Part shown: in pieces, positions 10,330 to 20,301 of the stretch
Layout: the number at the start of each line of letters is the position of its first letter
Numbering within the stretch: position 1 is the first letter of the stretch
Source of the DNA: an uncultured Gammaproteobacteria bacterium
GTDB taxonomy: Bacteria; Pseudomonadota; Gammaproteobacteria; Magnimaribacterales; D2472
DNA: 62,760 nt
Assembly (NCBI GenBank): GCA_964342675.1
Contig: CAYFFR010000002.1
Location: 1 to 62,760 of the forward strand
Direction: 5' to 3'
Program-made: the position numbers and the translations under genes
The notes under the pieces: generated by a model
What the model saw: only the letters and a program-made list of their open reading frames with translations
Databases searched by the model: none
What the model was told of the DNA's origin: nothing

Positions 10330-10746
10330 ATGCTATGGCTAAAAATACTACATATCTTCTTTATGATATCAGCCTTTGCTGGAATCTTTTATCTCCCTAG
10401 ATTGTTTGTTTATCACATTGAGGCCGAAGATCTGAACACTAAAAAATATTTTTTGGTCATGGAAAGAAGGCTTCTTAAATTTACTACTATGCTACTTTCA
10501 CTTGCACTCCTTTTTGGGGTCTGGTTGACATGGGTCATGCAAATAAGCTTTGATACTTCTTGGATATTAACCAAAATAATTGTGGCTATAGTATTAAGTG
10601 GTTATCTGTTTATTTGTTCAAAAATTTTGAAAGGATTAGAGTTAGGAAGGTGTTCATGGTCTAGCACTCAAATGCGACTCTTCAATGAATTACCAGTTGT
10701 TTTATTATTCATCGCAGTACTTGCAGCTGTATTTAAATATCAATAG
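10330..10746 (+). CDS. hemJ: protoporphyrinogen IX oxidase HemJ-type membrane protein
   Basis: 138 aa, 4 TM helices, with an N-terminal LKILHIFFMISAFAGIFYLPRLFVYH signature typical of HemJ/UPF0093. Confidence 0.8.
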   Translation: MLWLKILHIFFMISAFAGIFYLPRLFVYHIEAEDLNTKKYFLVMERRLLKFTTMLLSLALLFGVWLTWVMQISFDTSWILTKIIVAIVLSGYLFICSKILKGLELGRCSWSSTQMRLFNELPVVLLFIAVLAAVFKYQ

Positions 10747-10757
10747 TGGGAGATTTC

Positions 10758-11381
10758 ATGCTTAAAGGCATCTATTTAATTATAGGCGAGGATGACTTTA
10801 ATCAAGAATCGTTTAATGACAATATAAATGCTTGTTTAAATAACAATGTAAATATCTTTCAGCTGAGATTTAAAAACGAAGCATTTTTTAATGATAATGA
10901 AGTAAAGATTATTGACTTTATTAAAAAAATTCAAGCAAATAAAAAGCTATGCCTCATAAATAATTTTTTTTGGTTAGTAGATAAATTTAATGTGGATGGC
11001 TTACACGTAGGTCAAGCGGATATATCAGTAATTGCCGCAAGATACTTATTCCCAAAAAAGATTATTGGAGTTAGTTGTTATAAGTATTCATCTCTAGCTA
11101 ACGATGCATACATGGGTGGAGCAGATTATGTATCTTTTGGAGCATATAATAAATCTTCTACCAAAACCTCTGCTAGCATAATCCCTAAAGATGCATATAA
11201 AAAGATCAATAGTTTTGATCTTTTACCCAAAGCTCTCATTGGCGGAATAACTGAAAATAATATCACTAATAATGAAGCTAAATTATTTGATATGATTGCT
11301 ATCTCTAAAGGGCTATTACAAAGAAATAATATTCAGAAAGCTCTCAAAGGACTAAACTCAATAATGCAGCCTAATGATTAA
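10758..11381 (+). CDS. thiE: thiamine-phosphate synthase
   Basis: TMP-TENI fold motifs (IFQLRFK, VDGLHVGQADI, IGVSC, GADYVSFG). I prefer the ATG at 10758, which is preceded by GGGAG at 10747-10751, over the GTG at 10746 used in the ORF track. thiE-hemL adjacency also occurs in Pseudomonas. Confidence 0.75.
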   Translation: MLKGIYLIIGEDDFNQESFNDNINACLNNNVNIFQLRFKNEAFFNDNEVKIIDFIKKIQANKKLCLINNFFWLVDKFNVDGLHVGQADISVIAARYLFPKKIIGVSCYKYSSLANDAYMGGADYVSFGAYNKSSTKTSASIIPKDAYKKINSFDLLPKALIGGITENNITNNEAKLFDMIAISKGLLQRNNIQKALKGLNSIMQPND

Positions 11382-12665
11382 ATGAAGACCGATAAATCGA
11401 AGAAATTATTTATTGAAGCTAATAAGCTCTTGCCTGGTGGTGTTAATTCACCAGTAAGAGCATTTAAGAATGTCAACTTGGAGCCTATTTTTTTTAAGTC
11501 AGCATCTGGCCCTATTCTAGTGGACGAGGATGATAACCAATATATAGATTTTGTTGGTTCTTGGGGACCAATGATCTTAGGTCATGCTAACCCAAAAGTT
11601 ATCAATGCTATTTCTGAACAAGCTCAACAAGGTACAAGCTATGGTGCACCAACTAGGCTTGAGAACGAGTTGGCAAAAGTAATTAAAGAATGCATGCCAA
11701 ATATAGAAAAGCTTAGAATGGTAAATTCAGGTACCGAAGCAACCATGAGCTGTATAAGGTTAGCCAGAGGAGTTACCAACAAAAATAAAATAATTAAATT
11801 CGATGGTTGCTATCACGGTCACGTTGATTCTTTATTAGTTAAGTCAGGTTCAGGAATTTCAACATTTGGTCTTCCCGATTCTCCAGGAGTGCCAAAAGAT
11901 CTTGCAAAATATACAATCTCATTGCCTTTTAATGATACAGATACCTTCCTCAAAGTCTTTGAAGAAATTAAAGATGACCTAGCAGCAGTTATTGTTGAGC
12001 CTGTCGCAGGAAATATGGGCCTTATTAGAGGCAATAAAGACTTCTTAGGCGCTATAAGAGAAAAGACAACGTTAGAGAAGGTTGTATTAATTTTTGATGA
12101 GGTGATGTCTGGGTTCAGAGTTGCCCTTGGAGGAGCTCAAGAGATATACGATATCAAACCAGATTTAACAGCCTTAGGAAAAATTATAGGTGGAGGATTA
12201 CCAGTAGGCGCTTTTGGAGGCAAAGCAACCATTATGGATGATCTTGCTCCAATGGGGTCTATTTACCAAGCAGGAACTCTGTCAGGTAATCCCTTAGCAA
12301 TGGCTGCAGGTATATCTACCTTAAAAGAACTGAAGAAGTCAAAGCCATACGATACTCTAGAAGAAAACATAAAAGAATTATTAACTAGTACAAAGAAACT
12401 ATTCACAAAGAAAGGTTTGTCATTTTGTTTTGATTGTATTGGGGGGATGTTTGGATTCTTTATGAGCAATGAAGTACCCCTAAACTACTCAGAAGTATCT
12501 AATTCTGATAATAAATTGTTTGAGAGATTTTTTAAGGCTTGTCTCAAGCAAGGTGTATATTTTGCTCCCTCTAAATTTGAATCAGGTTTTATTTCAACGT
12601 CTCATGACAAAAAAATTATGAAAGAAGCAAACAATAAAATTGAGCTTGCAATTAAGGACTTATGA
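11382..12665 (+). CDS. hemL: glutamate-1-semialdehyde 2,1-aminomutase
   Basis: 427 aa class-III aminotransferase (PGGVNSPVRAF, SGTEATMSCIRLAR, LIFDEVMSGFR, PLP Lys region LGKIIGGG). Confidence 0.95.
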   Translation: MKTDKSKKLFIEANKLLPGGVNSPVRAFKNVNLEPIFFKSASGPILVDEDDNQYIDFVGSWGPMILGHANPKVINAISEQAQQGTSYGAPTRLENELAKVIKECMPNIEKLRMVNSGTEATMSCIRLARGVTNKNKIIKFDGCYHGHVDSLLVKSGSGISTFGLPDSPGVPKDLAKYTISLPFNDTDTFLKVFEEIKDDLAAVIVEPVAGNMGLIRGNKDFLGAIREKTTLEKVVLIFDEVMSGFRVALGGAQEIYDIKPDLTALGKIIGGGLPVGAFGGKATIMDDLAPMGSIYQAGTLSGNPLAMAAGISTLKELKKSKPYDTLEENIKELLTSTKKLFTKKGLSFCFDCIGGMFGFFMSNEVPLNYSEVSNSDNKLFERFFKACLKQGVYFAPSKFESGFISTSHDKKIMKEANNKIELAIKDL

Positions 12666-13672
12666 AAATGAAATATGATATTACTGCAATTGGAAATGCA
12701 TTAGTAGATACTCAATTTAAAGTGTCTCATGAATTAATTGAAGAGCTAGGTCTACAAATTGATCAAATGAATCTATCAAATGCCGAAGAACAAGCTCCAA
12801 TAATTAACCGATTGATTAAAGAAAAAGCAGAATCAATATCTGACTGCGGTGGGTCTGCAACTAATACTCTAGTAGCAGCATCTAACTTTGGAGCTAAATG
12901 TTTCCATACCTGTGTTGTAGCTAATGATGAGGATGGTCATCGCTATTTGAATAGCTTGAAAACTGCTGGTATTAAGCATTTAGGAAAAATGCACGATCCT
13001 AAGAATCTTCCAACCGGAAAATGCTTAATTCTTGTTACCCCTGACGCAAAAAGAACTATGACAACCGCATTAAATGTCAGCTCGGCCATGAGTGAGATGG
13101 ATTTAGATCTTGAATCAATCAGCGATTCAAAAATATTTTATATAGAAGGCTATATGGTTACGGGAGATGAAAATTATCAATCATTAATAAAAGTCCTAGA
13201 TCATTTAAATGACTATCCTTCGGTCAAGAAAGCATTGTCTCTTTCTGATCCAGGAATAGTTGGAACTTTTATCGACAGATTTAAGAAAATTGAATCATAT
13301 GGTCTAGACTTTATCTTTTGTAATGCTGATGAAGCTAATGCTTTTACTAATACCAATTCAACTCAAGATAGCGTAGGTATCTTATTGAAGAAACCGTATA
13401 CAACAATTATTACTCGCGGCATGCATGGATGCATTACCATTAGTAAAGGAAAACACTTTGAATCACAGGGAAGACAAATCGATGCGGTAGATTCTAACGG
13501 TGCCGGAGATATGTTTGCAGGATGTTTTTTATATGCTTTCTTGCAAGATTGTAATCTGCAATCATGTGCGGATTTCTCAAACTATGGTGCATCTAAAGTG
13601 GTTGAAAGTTTTGGCCCAAGACTTAATAAGGTAGGATATGAGGAAGTGTTAAAAAATATTAAAAAATACTAG
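12662..13672 (+). CDS. PfkB-family carbohydrate/nucleoside kinase (adenosine-kinase-like)
   Basis: 336 aa with N-terminal GNALVD and the C-terminal PfkB signature DSNGAGDMFAG. Confidence 0.8.
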   Translation: MKMKYDITAIGNALVDTQFKVSHELIEELGLQIDQMNLSNAEEQAPIINRLIKEKAESISDCGGSATNTLVAASNFGAKCFHTCVVANDEDGHRYLNSLKTAGIKHLGKMHDPKNLPTGKCLILVTPDAKRTMTTALNVSSAMSEMDLDLESISDSKIFYIEGYMVTGDENYQSLIKVLDHLNDYPSVKKALSLSDPGIVGTFIDRFKKIESYGLDFIFCNADEANAFTNTNSTQDSVGILLKKPYTTIITRGMHGCITISKGKHFESQGRQIDAVDSNGAGDMFAGCFLYAFLQDCNLQSCADFSNYGASKVVESFGPRLNKVGYEEVLKNIKKY

Positions 13673-13731
13673 CTAATTTAACATTATTCTGATATTTTCT
13701 TGCCCCTTAAAAAAACATTTTAAAGAAATCA

Positions 13732-14355
13732 ATGCCAGTTAAAAAAAAGAAAAATCAAAAACAGATAAAAAAGGTTGCTGTGAAAAAGAAAAAACCTGTT
13801 ACCAAAAAGAAAGTTATTAAAAAAACTACTGCAACTAAAAGAAAAGCTAAGGTTGTTAAGAAAAAAATAGCTACTAAAGCTTCTACAAAAAAAACAAGTA
13901 CTAAAAAAACAACTCAACCTAAGGCAGCCAGAAGAAAGGTTAAAAAAACCCCTCAAATATCTGTCTACAAACCTAGAAAAAATGAGAAATATATGAGTGC
14001 GCGTATGAAAAAGCACTTTAATCAGGTCTTAATTAACTGGAGAGAACATCTTAAAGAAGAAATGCAAAAAACATTTGATCATCTAAGAAATAAAGGCGAA
14101 ACTTTTGCCGACCCAGTTGATAGAGCTTCTCAAGAAGAAGAGTTTGCATTTGAGCTAAGAACTCGTGATCGAGAAAGAAAACTAATAAATAAGATAGCAC
14201 ATTCCATTGAGCTCATTAAACAAGATGAATATGGTTATTGTTATTCATGTGGATGTGAAATTGGTACCAAGCGCCTTGAAGCAAGACCTACAGCAACACA
14301 TTGCATAGATTGTAAGCAACTTGAAGAAATTAAAGAAAAACAGCTAGGTGGTTAA
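13732..14355 (+). CDS. dksA: RNA polymerase-binding transcription factor DksA with an approximately 85-aa lysine-rich N-terminal extension
   Basis: The C-terminal 120 aa align by eye with E. coli DksA (DPVDRASQEEEFAFELRTRDRERKLI, zinc finger CYSCGCEI...CIDCK). Residues 1-85 are K/T/A-rich low complexity but remain open in frame in a stop-rich AT genome. Confidence 0.85.
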   Translation: MPVKKKKNQKQIKKVAVKKKKPVTKKKVIKKTTATKRKAKVVKKKIATKASTKKTSTKKTTQPKAARRKVKKTPQISVYKPRKNEKYMSARMKKHFNQVLINWREHLKEEMQKTFDHLRNKGETFADPVDRASQEEEFAFELRTRDRERKLINKIAHSIELIKQDEYGYCYSCGCEIGTKRLEARPTATHCIDCKQLEEIKEKQLGG

Positions 14356-14381
14356 ATTCGTCGGTTACCAAAAAATATATT

Positions 14382-15656
14382 TTGATTAAAAGTTCAAGGA
14401 AAGCGTCATCACGAAATATCCCTAAGGCCCTGTTGAACGCAAAGTTTGATAGCTTTGCAATTGATATAGTAAAGAAACTAAACAAAAACTCTTTTGAAGG
14501 ATGGTTTGTAGGCGGGTGTATTAGAGATGCTCTAACTAATATAGTTGCAAAAGATATTGATATCGTAACTAATGCCACACCAGAGCAAATTAGAAAGATC
14601 TTCAAGTCGTCAAGAATCATTGGAAGGAGATTTAAGCTAGTTCATATTTTTAAGGGCAACAAGATCATTGAAGTTGCAACATTTAGAGCATCAAGCTCTG
14701 AAACAAACTCTAGCAAAAGCGTTATAAAAGATGGGTTTGGAAAGATTCTTAGGGATAATATTTGGGGCAATATAAATCAAGACTGTTTAAGAAGGGACTT
14801 TACGATCAATGCGATTTATTTTGACCCATTGAGAAAAAAGATCTTCGATATTCACAATGGTATTGAAGATACAAATAGAAAAAGGATCGTATCTATTGGT
14901 AATCCATTAAAAAGATTTGAAGAAGATCCCGTAAGGAGTTTGCGAGCTATACGATTTTCTTCAAAACTAAACTTTAAAATTGCAAAAGATATTAAAACTG
15001 CTATTTATGAAAAAGGCTATTTGCTGCAAGGTGTATCTAATGCTCGCAGATTTGATGAGTTTAATAAATTGTTTATGCATGGGAAATCAAATGCAAATTA
15101 TCAGAAATTAGATTCTTTTGATCTGCTTAAGTATCTTGTTGCATCAGCTGATACAAAGAATCCCTATAGTGAGACTCTCCAAAGACTTGCATTGAAGAAT
15201 ACTGATACAAGAATTAGATCTAGTAAATCTGTAACTCCAGGCTTCTTAATCGCTGCACTTTTATGGCCAAAGTTAATTGCTCAATCGAAAAGTATAAGTT
15301 CGATAAATACCCGGAAATTTTTTAGGAATATGGACACTCTTTTGCGAGAGCAACAAAGTCTAACTGCTATACCTAGGAGGTTTCATCCTTACATAAAGGA
15401 TATATGGTCCCTGCAACTAAAATTGGAAACAAGAATTAGCAAACAACCCTACAGAACTCTGAGTAGTCCAAGATTTAGAGCGGCTTATGACTTGTTATTG
15501 TTAAGAACAAAAGCTGTAAATCGTGATAAAGAATTAAGTGATTGGTGGACTAAATTTCAGACTGTAAATAGAAAAATAAAAATGTCCATGTTAAAAGAAT
15601 TAGAGACCTCGAATGCAAAGAATAAAAAATTTGGTTTATTAGGTGAGTTGAGCTAA
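14382..15656 (+). CDS. pcnB: poly(A) polymerase I
   Basis: Nucleotidyltransferase motifs GGCIRD, DIDIVT and RRDFTINA, plus a basic C-terminus. It lies directly downstream of dksA. A TTG start is inferred. Confidence 0.9.
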   Translation: MIKSSRKASSRNIPKALLNAKFDSFAIDIVKKLNKNSFEGWFVGGCIRDALTNIVAKDIDIVTNATPEQIRKIFKSSRIIGRRFKLVHIFKGNKIIEVATFRASSSETNSSKSVIKDGFGKILRDNIWGNINQDCLRRDFTINAIYFDPLRKKIFDIHNGIEDTNRKRIVSIGNPLKRFEEDPVRSLRAIRFSSKLNFKIAKDIKTAIYEKGYLLQGVSNARRFDEFNKLFMHGKSNANYQKLDSFDLLKYLVASADTKNPYSETLQRLALKNTDTRIRSSKSVTPGFLIAALLWPKLIAQSKSISSINTRKFFRNMDTLLREQQSLTAIPRRFHPYIKDIWSLQLKLETRISKQPYRTLSSPRFRAAYDLLLLRTKAVNRDKELSDWWTKFQTVNRKIKMSMLKELETSNAKNKKFGLLGELS

Positions 15657-15680
15657 TCTTATACGGAAAACAATCAAATT

Positions 15681-16346
15681 ATGGATCTAGCTATTCAAGA
15701 GGTACCAATACCAAAATATATTGCAGTTGAGGGCCCTATTGGTGTTGGTAAGACAACACTGGCCAATCACATAGCTGAGTCTTTTAATTATGATGTATTT
15801 CTTGAAAAGCCTGCCGAAAATCCCTTTTTAAGCAATTTTTATAAAAACCCAAGTCAATCTGCATTAGCTGCACAATTATTTTTTCTTTTTCAGAGAATAC
15901 AACAAATTGAGGATTTGAAGCAAAGAGACTTGTTTGAGCCAGTAAGAGTTGCAGATTTCTTAATTGAAAAAGATAAGTTATTTGCAGAGGTAACTCTTTC
16001 TGAAGAAGAGCTTATATTATACGAAAAGGTATATGACCACCTGACTCTTGATGCTCCAGTACCTGACCTTGTTATATATCTTCAGGCACCAGTAGATGTG
16101 TTATTGGATAGAATAAATAAACGCGGAAATCCTGATGAAAAATTTCTTACTACGGAGTATTTAGAAAAGATTAATGAGGCCTATTCAAAATTCTTTCTAT
16201 ACTATGAGTCTGCCCCTCTTTTGATTGTGAATGCTGCTGATATTAATATTGGACAAGATAGTCAGGATTACTTAATGTTACTAGAGGCTATTTCATCCAA
16301 CCCTAAAGGCAAAAATTTTATAAATCCACAGCCCACGATGCTCTAA
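15681..16346 (+). CDS. deoxynucleoside kinase (dAK/dGK family)
   Basis: 221 aa with P-loop EGPIGVGKTTL, a FLEKPAENPFL segment and LIYLQAPVDVLLDRINKRG (LID region), all typical of dNK-family kinases. Confidence 0.8.
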   Translation: MDLAIQEVPIPKYIAVEGPIGVGKTTLANHIAESFNYDVFLEKPAENPFLSNFYKNPSQSALAAQLFFLFQRIQQIEDLKQRDLFEPVRVADFLIEKDKLFAEVTLSEEELILYEKVYDHLTLDAPVPDLVIYLQAPVDVLLDRINKRGNPDEKFLTTEYLEKINEAYSKFFLYYESAPLLIVNAADINIGQDSQDYLMLLEAISSNPKGKNFINPQPTML

Positions 16347-16352
16347 GCAATC

Positions 16353-18281
16353 ATGGCTTCAACTATATATCCACCTCCTAATTCTTTAAAAAATCCACAT
16401 TTAAAAAATTTTAAAGAATTTGAAAAGCTTTATGAGCAATCTATCAAAGAACCTCAAAAGTTTTTTAGTCTTATGGCAAAAGACAATATTCATTGGTTCA
16501 AAAATTTCACAAAAACTCATAATGATGAATTTGCTGAAACGGAATGGTTTATAGATGGGAAATTGAATGTTGCTTACAACTGTATTGATAGACATCTTCA
16601 ATCAAGAGGAGATAAAACAGCAATAATATGGGAGGGAGATGACCCACAACATGACATACACATTTCTTATCTTGAGTTGCATAGAAATGTTTGTAAATTT
16701 GCAAATATTCTTAAAAAGCTAGGAGCTAAAAAGGGCTCAAGAATATGCATATACTTACCAATGATTCCAGAAGCTGCTTATGCAATGCTTGCATGTACAA
16801 GAATAGGAGCTATACATTCAGTAGTTTTTGGAGGTTTTTCATCAGAATCTCTAAAAGATAGAATCTTGGATGCAGATTGCGAAATCGTTATTACTGCAGA
16901 TGAAGCAATCAGAGGAGGTAAAAATACTCCATTAAAAAATAATGTTGATGAAGCCCTCACTTCCTGTCCCAATGTAAGACACTGTCTGGTAGTACAAAGA
17001 ACTGGGGCTGATATTAATTGGGTAAAAGATAGAGATCAGAAATATGCTGCATTATTTGATGAGGTAGAAGATGAGTGTCCATGCGAAATCATGGATGCTG
17101 AAGATCCAATGTTTATATTGTATACATCTGGGTCAACAGGAAAACCAAAGGGTGTTATGCATACAACTGGAGGATATCTGCTTGGTGCACATTTAACCTT
17201 TAAATACTTGTTTGCATACTCTGAGAAAGATAAATACTGGTGTACCGCAGATGTTGGCTGGATAACGGGTCATACTTATATCATATATGGCCCCTTAAGT
17301 AATGGAGCAACAACCTTAATCTTTGAAGGTATCCCTACACACCCCTCTGCATCAAGATGTTGGGAAATATGTGATAAGCATAAAATTAATATTTTTTATA
17401 CTGCCCCTACCGCTATTAGAGCATTAATGGCACAAGGCAATGACCTGGTTAAAAGGACATCACGATCATCATTAAAAGTCTTAGGGACAGTAGGAGAGCC
17501 TATTAACCCGGAAGCGTGGGAATGGTATTACAAAATTGTTGGTGAAGAAAAATGTCAGATTATAGATACTTGGTGGCAAACTGAAACTGGGTCAGTGTTA
17601 ATATCTCCAATTGCAGGGATTACCTCAGTAAAGCCGGGGTCTGCAACTTTTCCATTCTTTGGTGTGTGGCCTGAACTTATGGATGATAATAGTAAAGAAA
17701 TTAAAGGACCGGGAAAAGGGAATTTAGTGATCAAATCTTCTTGGCCTAGCCAAATTAGAAGCGTATATGGAGATCATCAGAGAATGATTGATACTTATTT
17801 CTCACAATATAGCGGTATATATTTCACTGGTGACGGGGCAATGAGAGATGAGGATGGGTACTACTGGATCACTGGAAGAGTTGATGATGTTCTGAATGTT
17901 TCTGGTCATCGTCTTGGCACAGCAGAAATAGAGAGTGCTCTTGTATTACATCCAAAAGTTGCAGAAGCAGCAATAGTGGGGTTTGAACACCCTATTAAAG
18001 GTCAAGGTATATATGCTTATGTAACACTTATGGTTGGGGAGAAAGAAGAGAAAGCCCTTAAAGATGAGTTAATGAAGTTTGTTGCAAAAGAGATTAGTCC
18101 AATTGCAAAACCTGATCTGATTCAATGGTCACCGAATTTACCAAAAACAAGATCTGGAAAGATTATGAGGCGAATACTTAGAAAAATTGCTGAAGAAGAT
18201 TTTGATGATCTTGGTGATATGTCGACTCTTGCAGATCCAACAGTAGTAGAAAACTTAATTTCCAATAAACAATCGTTATAA
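16353..18281 (+). CDS. acs: acetyl-CoA synthetase
   Basis: 642 aa with AMP-binding motifs [19 protein letters not shown] and [23 protein letters not shown], and a C-terminal [11 protein letters not shown]. Confidence 0.95.
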   Translation: MASTIYPPPNSLKNPHLKNFKEFEKLYEQSIKEPQKFFSLMAKDNIHWFKNFTKTHNDEFAETEWFIDGKLNVAYNCIDRHLQSRGDKTAIIWEGDDPQHDIHISYLELHRNVCKFANILKKLGAKKGSRICIYLPMIPEAAYAMLACTRIGAIHSVVFGGFSSESLKDRILDADCEIVITADEAIRGGKNTPLKNNVDEALTSCPNVRHCLVVQRTGADINWVKDRDQKYAALFDEVEDECPCEIMDAEDPMFILYTSGSTGKPKGVMHTTGGYLLGAHLTFKYLFAYSEKDKYWCTADVGWITGHTYIIYGPLSNGATTLIFEGIPTHPSASRCWEICDKHKINIFYTAPTAIRALMAQGNDLVKRTSRSSLKVLGTVGEPINPEAWEWYYKIVGEEKCQIIDTWWQTETGSVLISPIAGITSVKPGSATFPFFGVWPELMDDNSKEIKGPGKGNLVIKSSWPSQIRSVYGDHQRMIDTYFSQYSGIYFTGDGAMRDEDGYYWITGRVDDVLNVSGHRLGTAEIESALVLHPKVAEAAIVGFEHPIKGQGIYAYVTLMVGEKEEKALKDELMKFVAKEISPIAKPDLIQWSPNLPKTRSGKIMRRILRKIAEEDFDDLGDMSTLADPTVVENLISNKQSL

Positions 18282-18662
18282 ATATATGGAGGTTAGCGCT
18301 AGGCATCCTGCCATGACCATAAACATTACATTAAAGCTCATGAAGGCGTTGCCTCCTATGCTTTCTATATCATTTTTTGAGGCATAAAAGGTCTTTGGGT
18401 AAAAAGCTATAAAACTTAGATTGATAAAGTGTAATAAGAAAAGCCCTATTAGAATCCAATGCGCATTCTCTAAAACAGCTAATACACAAAGACATAATGC
18501 AAGTAGCTCATACATTAAATAGAACTTCCTATTATTGGGATTAAAAATAAAACCTATCACATCAAAGTTTGTTTTAAACAACCACAAGTAAATACAAGAG
18601 CAGATTAAGTAAAAGCAACCCAAAAGAAATGCGAACATAGTATTTAAGCTTTTATAGACCAA
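18276..18662 (-). CDS. small 4-TM membrane protein of unknown function
   Basis: 128-aa hydrophobic ORF that is last in a co-oriented, overlapping NUDIX-MBL-membrane string. The start may instead be the Met at 18638. No recognisable family. Confidence 0.45.
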   Translation of the reverse strand: MVYKSLNTMFAFLLGCFYLICSCIYLWLFKTNFDVIGFIFNPNNRKFYLMYELLALCLCVLAVLENAHWILIGLFLLHFINLSFIAFYPKTFYASKNDIESIGGNAFMSFNVMFMVMAGCLALTSIYL

Positions 18663-19462
18663 GAATTGGTCTGATCATCGTAACTGGCTTGATCTTCATC
18701 TCTTAACTTTTCAAGATGAGCTTGCAAACTCCATAAAGCAATAGGATGCAAGTTGGAATCAACATCATCGTAAACTGCCTTAACTAACTTATCTATATTA
18801 CAAGCGCCCTTGTTAGAGAGTTTTTTAATAATCTTCTTTTCCCTTTCCATTCTATGATTGATTATCCAATTAACTACTTCTATTGGATTTGATAAAAAGT
18901 CTCCATGACCGGGGCCTATGTAATCGAAATCATAATCTTTTAGCAATTTTAAAGAAGAAAGATACTGTTGCATATTGCCATCAGGTGGTGCGATAACAAC
19001 TGTTGATCCATTCATAATATGATCTCCTGTTAGTAACACTGAGCATTCAGGAATTAAATAACAAAGATGATTGGATGCGTGCCCTGGAGTATGAATAACA
19101 TTAATCTCGTATTCATCGGTTTTAATAATATCTCCATGCTTTAAGAGCTCATTGGGTTTGAAGGTCTTATCTTGTAATGAATCATCTTTTGCAACAAGCA
19201 TGCCGTATAAAGGAATATTTAAACTATCGCCTAAAACCTTTGCAGCAGGTGAATGATCTCTATGTGTATGGGTAACTAAAATCCTTTTTGCATTATCTCC
19301 AACTTCTTTAATAATAGTCTTAACATGGTGATCAATATTTGGACCTGGATCAACAATAGTGATGTCGCTCTTGCCGATTAAGTAAGTATTTGTCCCATCG
19401 CCAGTAAAGACACTTCCATTGGAAGCAATAATCTTTTTAATTAATTCTCTATATTGAATCAT
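18644..19462 (-). CDS. metallo-beta-lactamase-fold hydrolase (LACTB2/glyoxalase-II-like)
   Basis: 272 aa with the HxHxDH motif (HTHRDH), downstream His/Asp ligands (HTPGHASNH, TGDH, GPGHG) and a C-terminal helical domain. Confidence 0.8.
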   Translation of the reverse strand: MIQYRELIKKIIASNGSVFTGDGTNTYLIGKSDITIVDPGPNIDHHVKTIIKEVGDNAKRILVTHTHRDHSPAAKVLGDSLNIPLYGMLVAKDDSLQDKTFKPNELLKHGDIIKTDEYEINVIHTPGHASNHLCYLIPECSVLLTGDHIMNGSTVVIAPPDGNMQQYLSSLKLLKDYDFDYIGPGHGDFLSNPIEVVNWIINHRMEREKKIIKKLSNKGACNIDKLVKAVYDDVDSNLHPIALWSLQAHLEKLRDEDQASYDDQTNSWSIKA

Positions 19463-20261
19463 TTTTTATATCGCCTGGTAAAAGTCCTATAGCTGAATCA
19501 TACTCTTTATCGTCGGGCAAAAGACCTATTAATTTGCCATTCTTCTTAACAAATTTTGGAAGGATGGTTTCTATGGGCTCCTGTTGCTTGGAAAGAAAAT
19601 AATTATAAGCTTCATCTGTTGAGCTAAATGAAGTGAGCATTTCTAAGGTCTTAATGGTAGGCATAATTAAGTTTATTTTACCTTTATGGTATTCCTCTAA
19701 GGCAATATTTGGAGTAATCCAAATGCTTTCTGTTAATTCTAATCCATCATGGTTTTGAATCTGATTGGTTGGAGATTTCACTAAAAAAAACCATGTATCA
19801 AATCTTCTGCTCTCAATAGTTGGTGTAATCCAATGTGCAATGGGAATAATAGAATCTGTTGCTAGCTTTATGCCTAGCTTATTACATACTTCTAAGAATG
19901 TTATAGATCCTGCATTTAATTTATTTCTTAATTGATTGATGTTAGCTTTAGATGAAAAATTATTGTTTATTTCATCAGAAATAATAATGCCAACCTCTTC
20001 AAAACACTCTCTGATGCAAGCTATCCAGAAGGCTAGCCCATTTTCTTTTAGATCTAATCGTGCAGATGCTTCCAAGTCGTCTAGGTTGTTACTGAATTTA
20101 TATATCTCGCTTGATCTATCAGACTCATCCAATTTGCCCCCAGGAAAAACATAGATACTGCCCCAATAAGCTCTTGTGCTTCTTTTAGCCATCAGCACTT
20201 CAATACCTCTTGAGTTATCCCTTAGTAGAATGAGTGTTGCAGCTGGTTTTATATCTTGCAT
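19449..20261 (-). CDS. NUDIX hydrolase (long form, CoA-pyrophosphatase-like N-terminal signature)
   Basis: Nudix box GGKLDESD...IRECFEEVGI. The preceding LILLRD...KRSTRAYWGSIYVFPGG is a near match to the CoA-pyrophosphatase motif, with one residue extra in the spacing. Confidence 0.8.
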   Translation of the reverse strand: MQDIKPAATLILLRDNSRGIEVLMAKRSTRAYWGSIYVFPGGKLDESDRSSEIYKFSNNLDDLEASARLDLKENGLAFWIACIRECFEEVGIIISDEINNNFSSKANINQLRNKLNAGSITFLEVCNKLGIKLATDSIIPIAHWITPTIESRRFDTWFFLVKSPTNQIQNHDGLELTESIWITPNIALEEYHKGKINLIMPTIKTLEMLTSFSSTDEAYNYFLSKQQEPIETILPKFVKKNGKLIGLLPDDKEYDSAIGLLPGDIKNDSI

Positions 20262-20301
20262 AGTTAGTGAAGTAAATTATTATCCTTTAGAATTATATGA
20301 A

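Noticed and set aside
13741-13935. A7-A8 homopolymer runs in the dksA 5' region as evidence of a frameshifted pseudogene
   Set aside because: The reading frame stays open from the ATG at 13732 straight into the conserved DksA core, so no frameshift needs to be invoked. Slippage potential is noted under the DksA finding only.
13729-14016. 95-aa minus-strand ORF opposite the dksA 5' region
   Set aside because: It is the low-complexity (F/L/S-rich) mirror image of the lysine-rich A-tract coding region, an artefact of the poly-A/poly-T composition.
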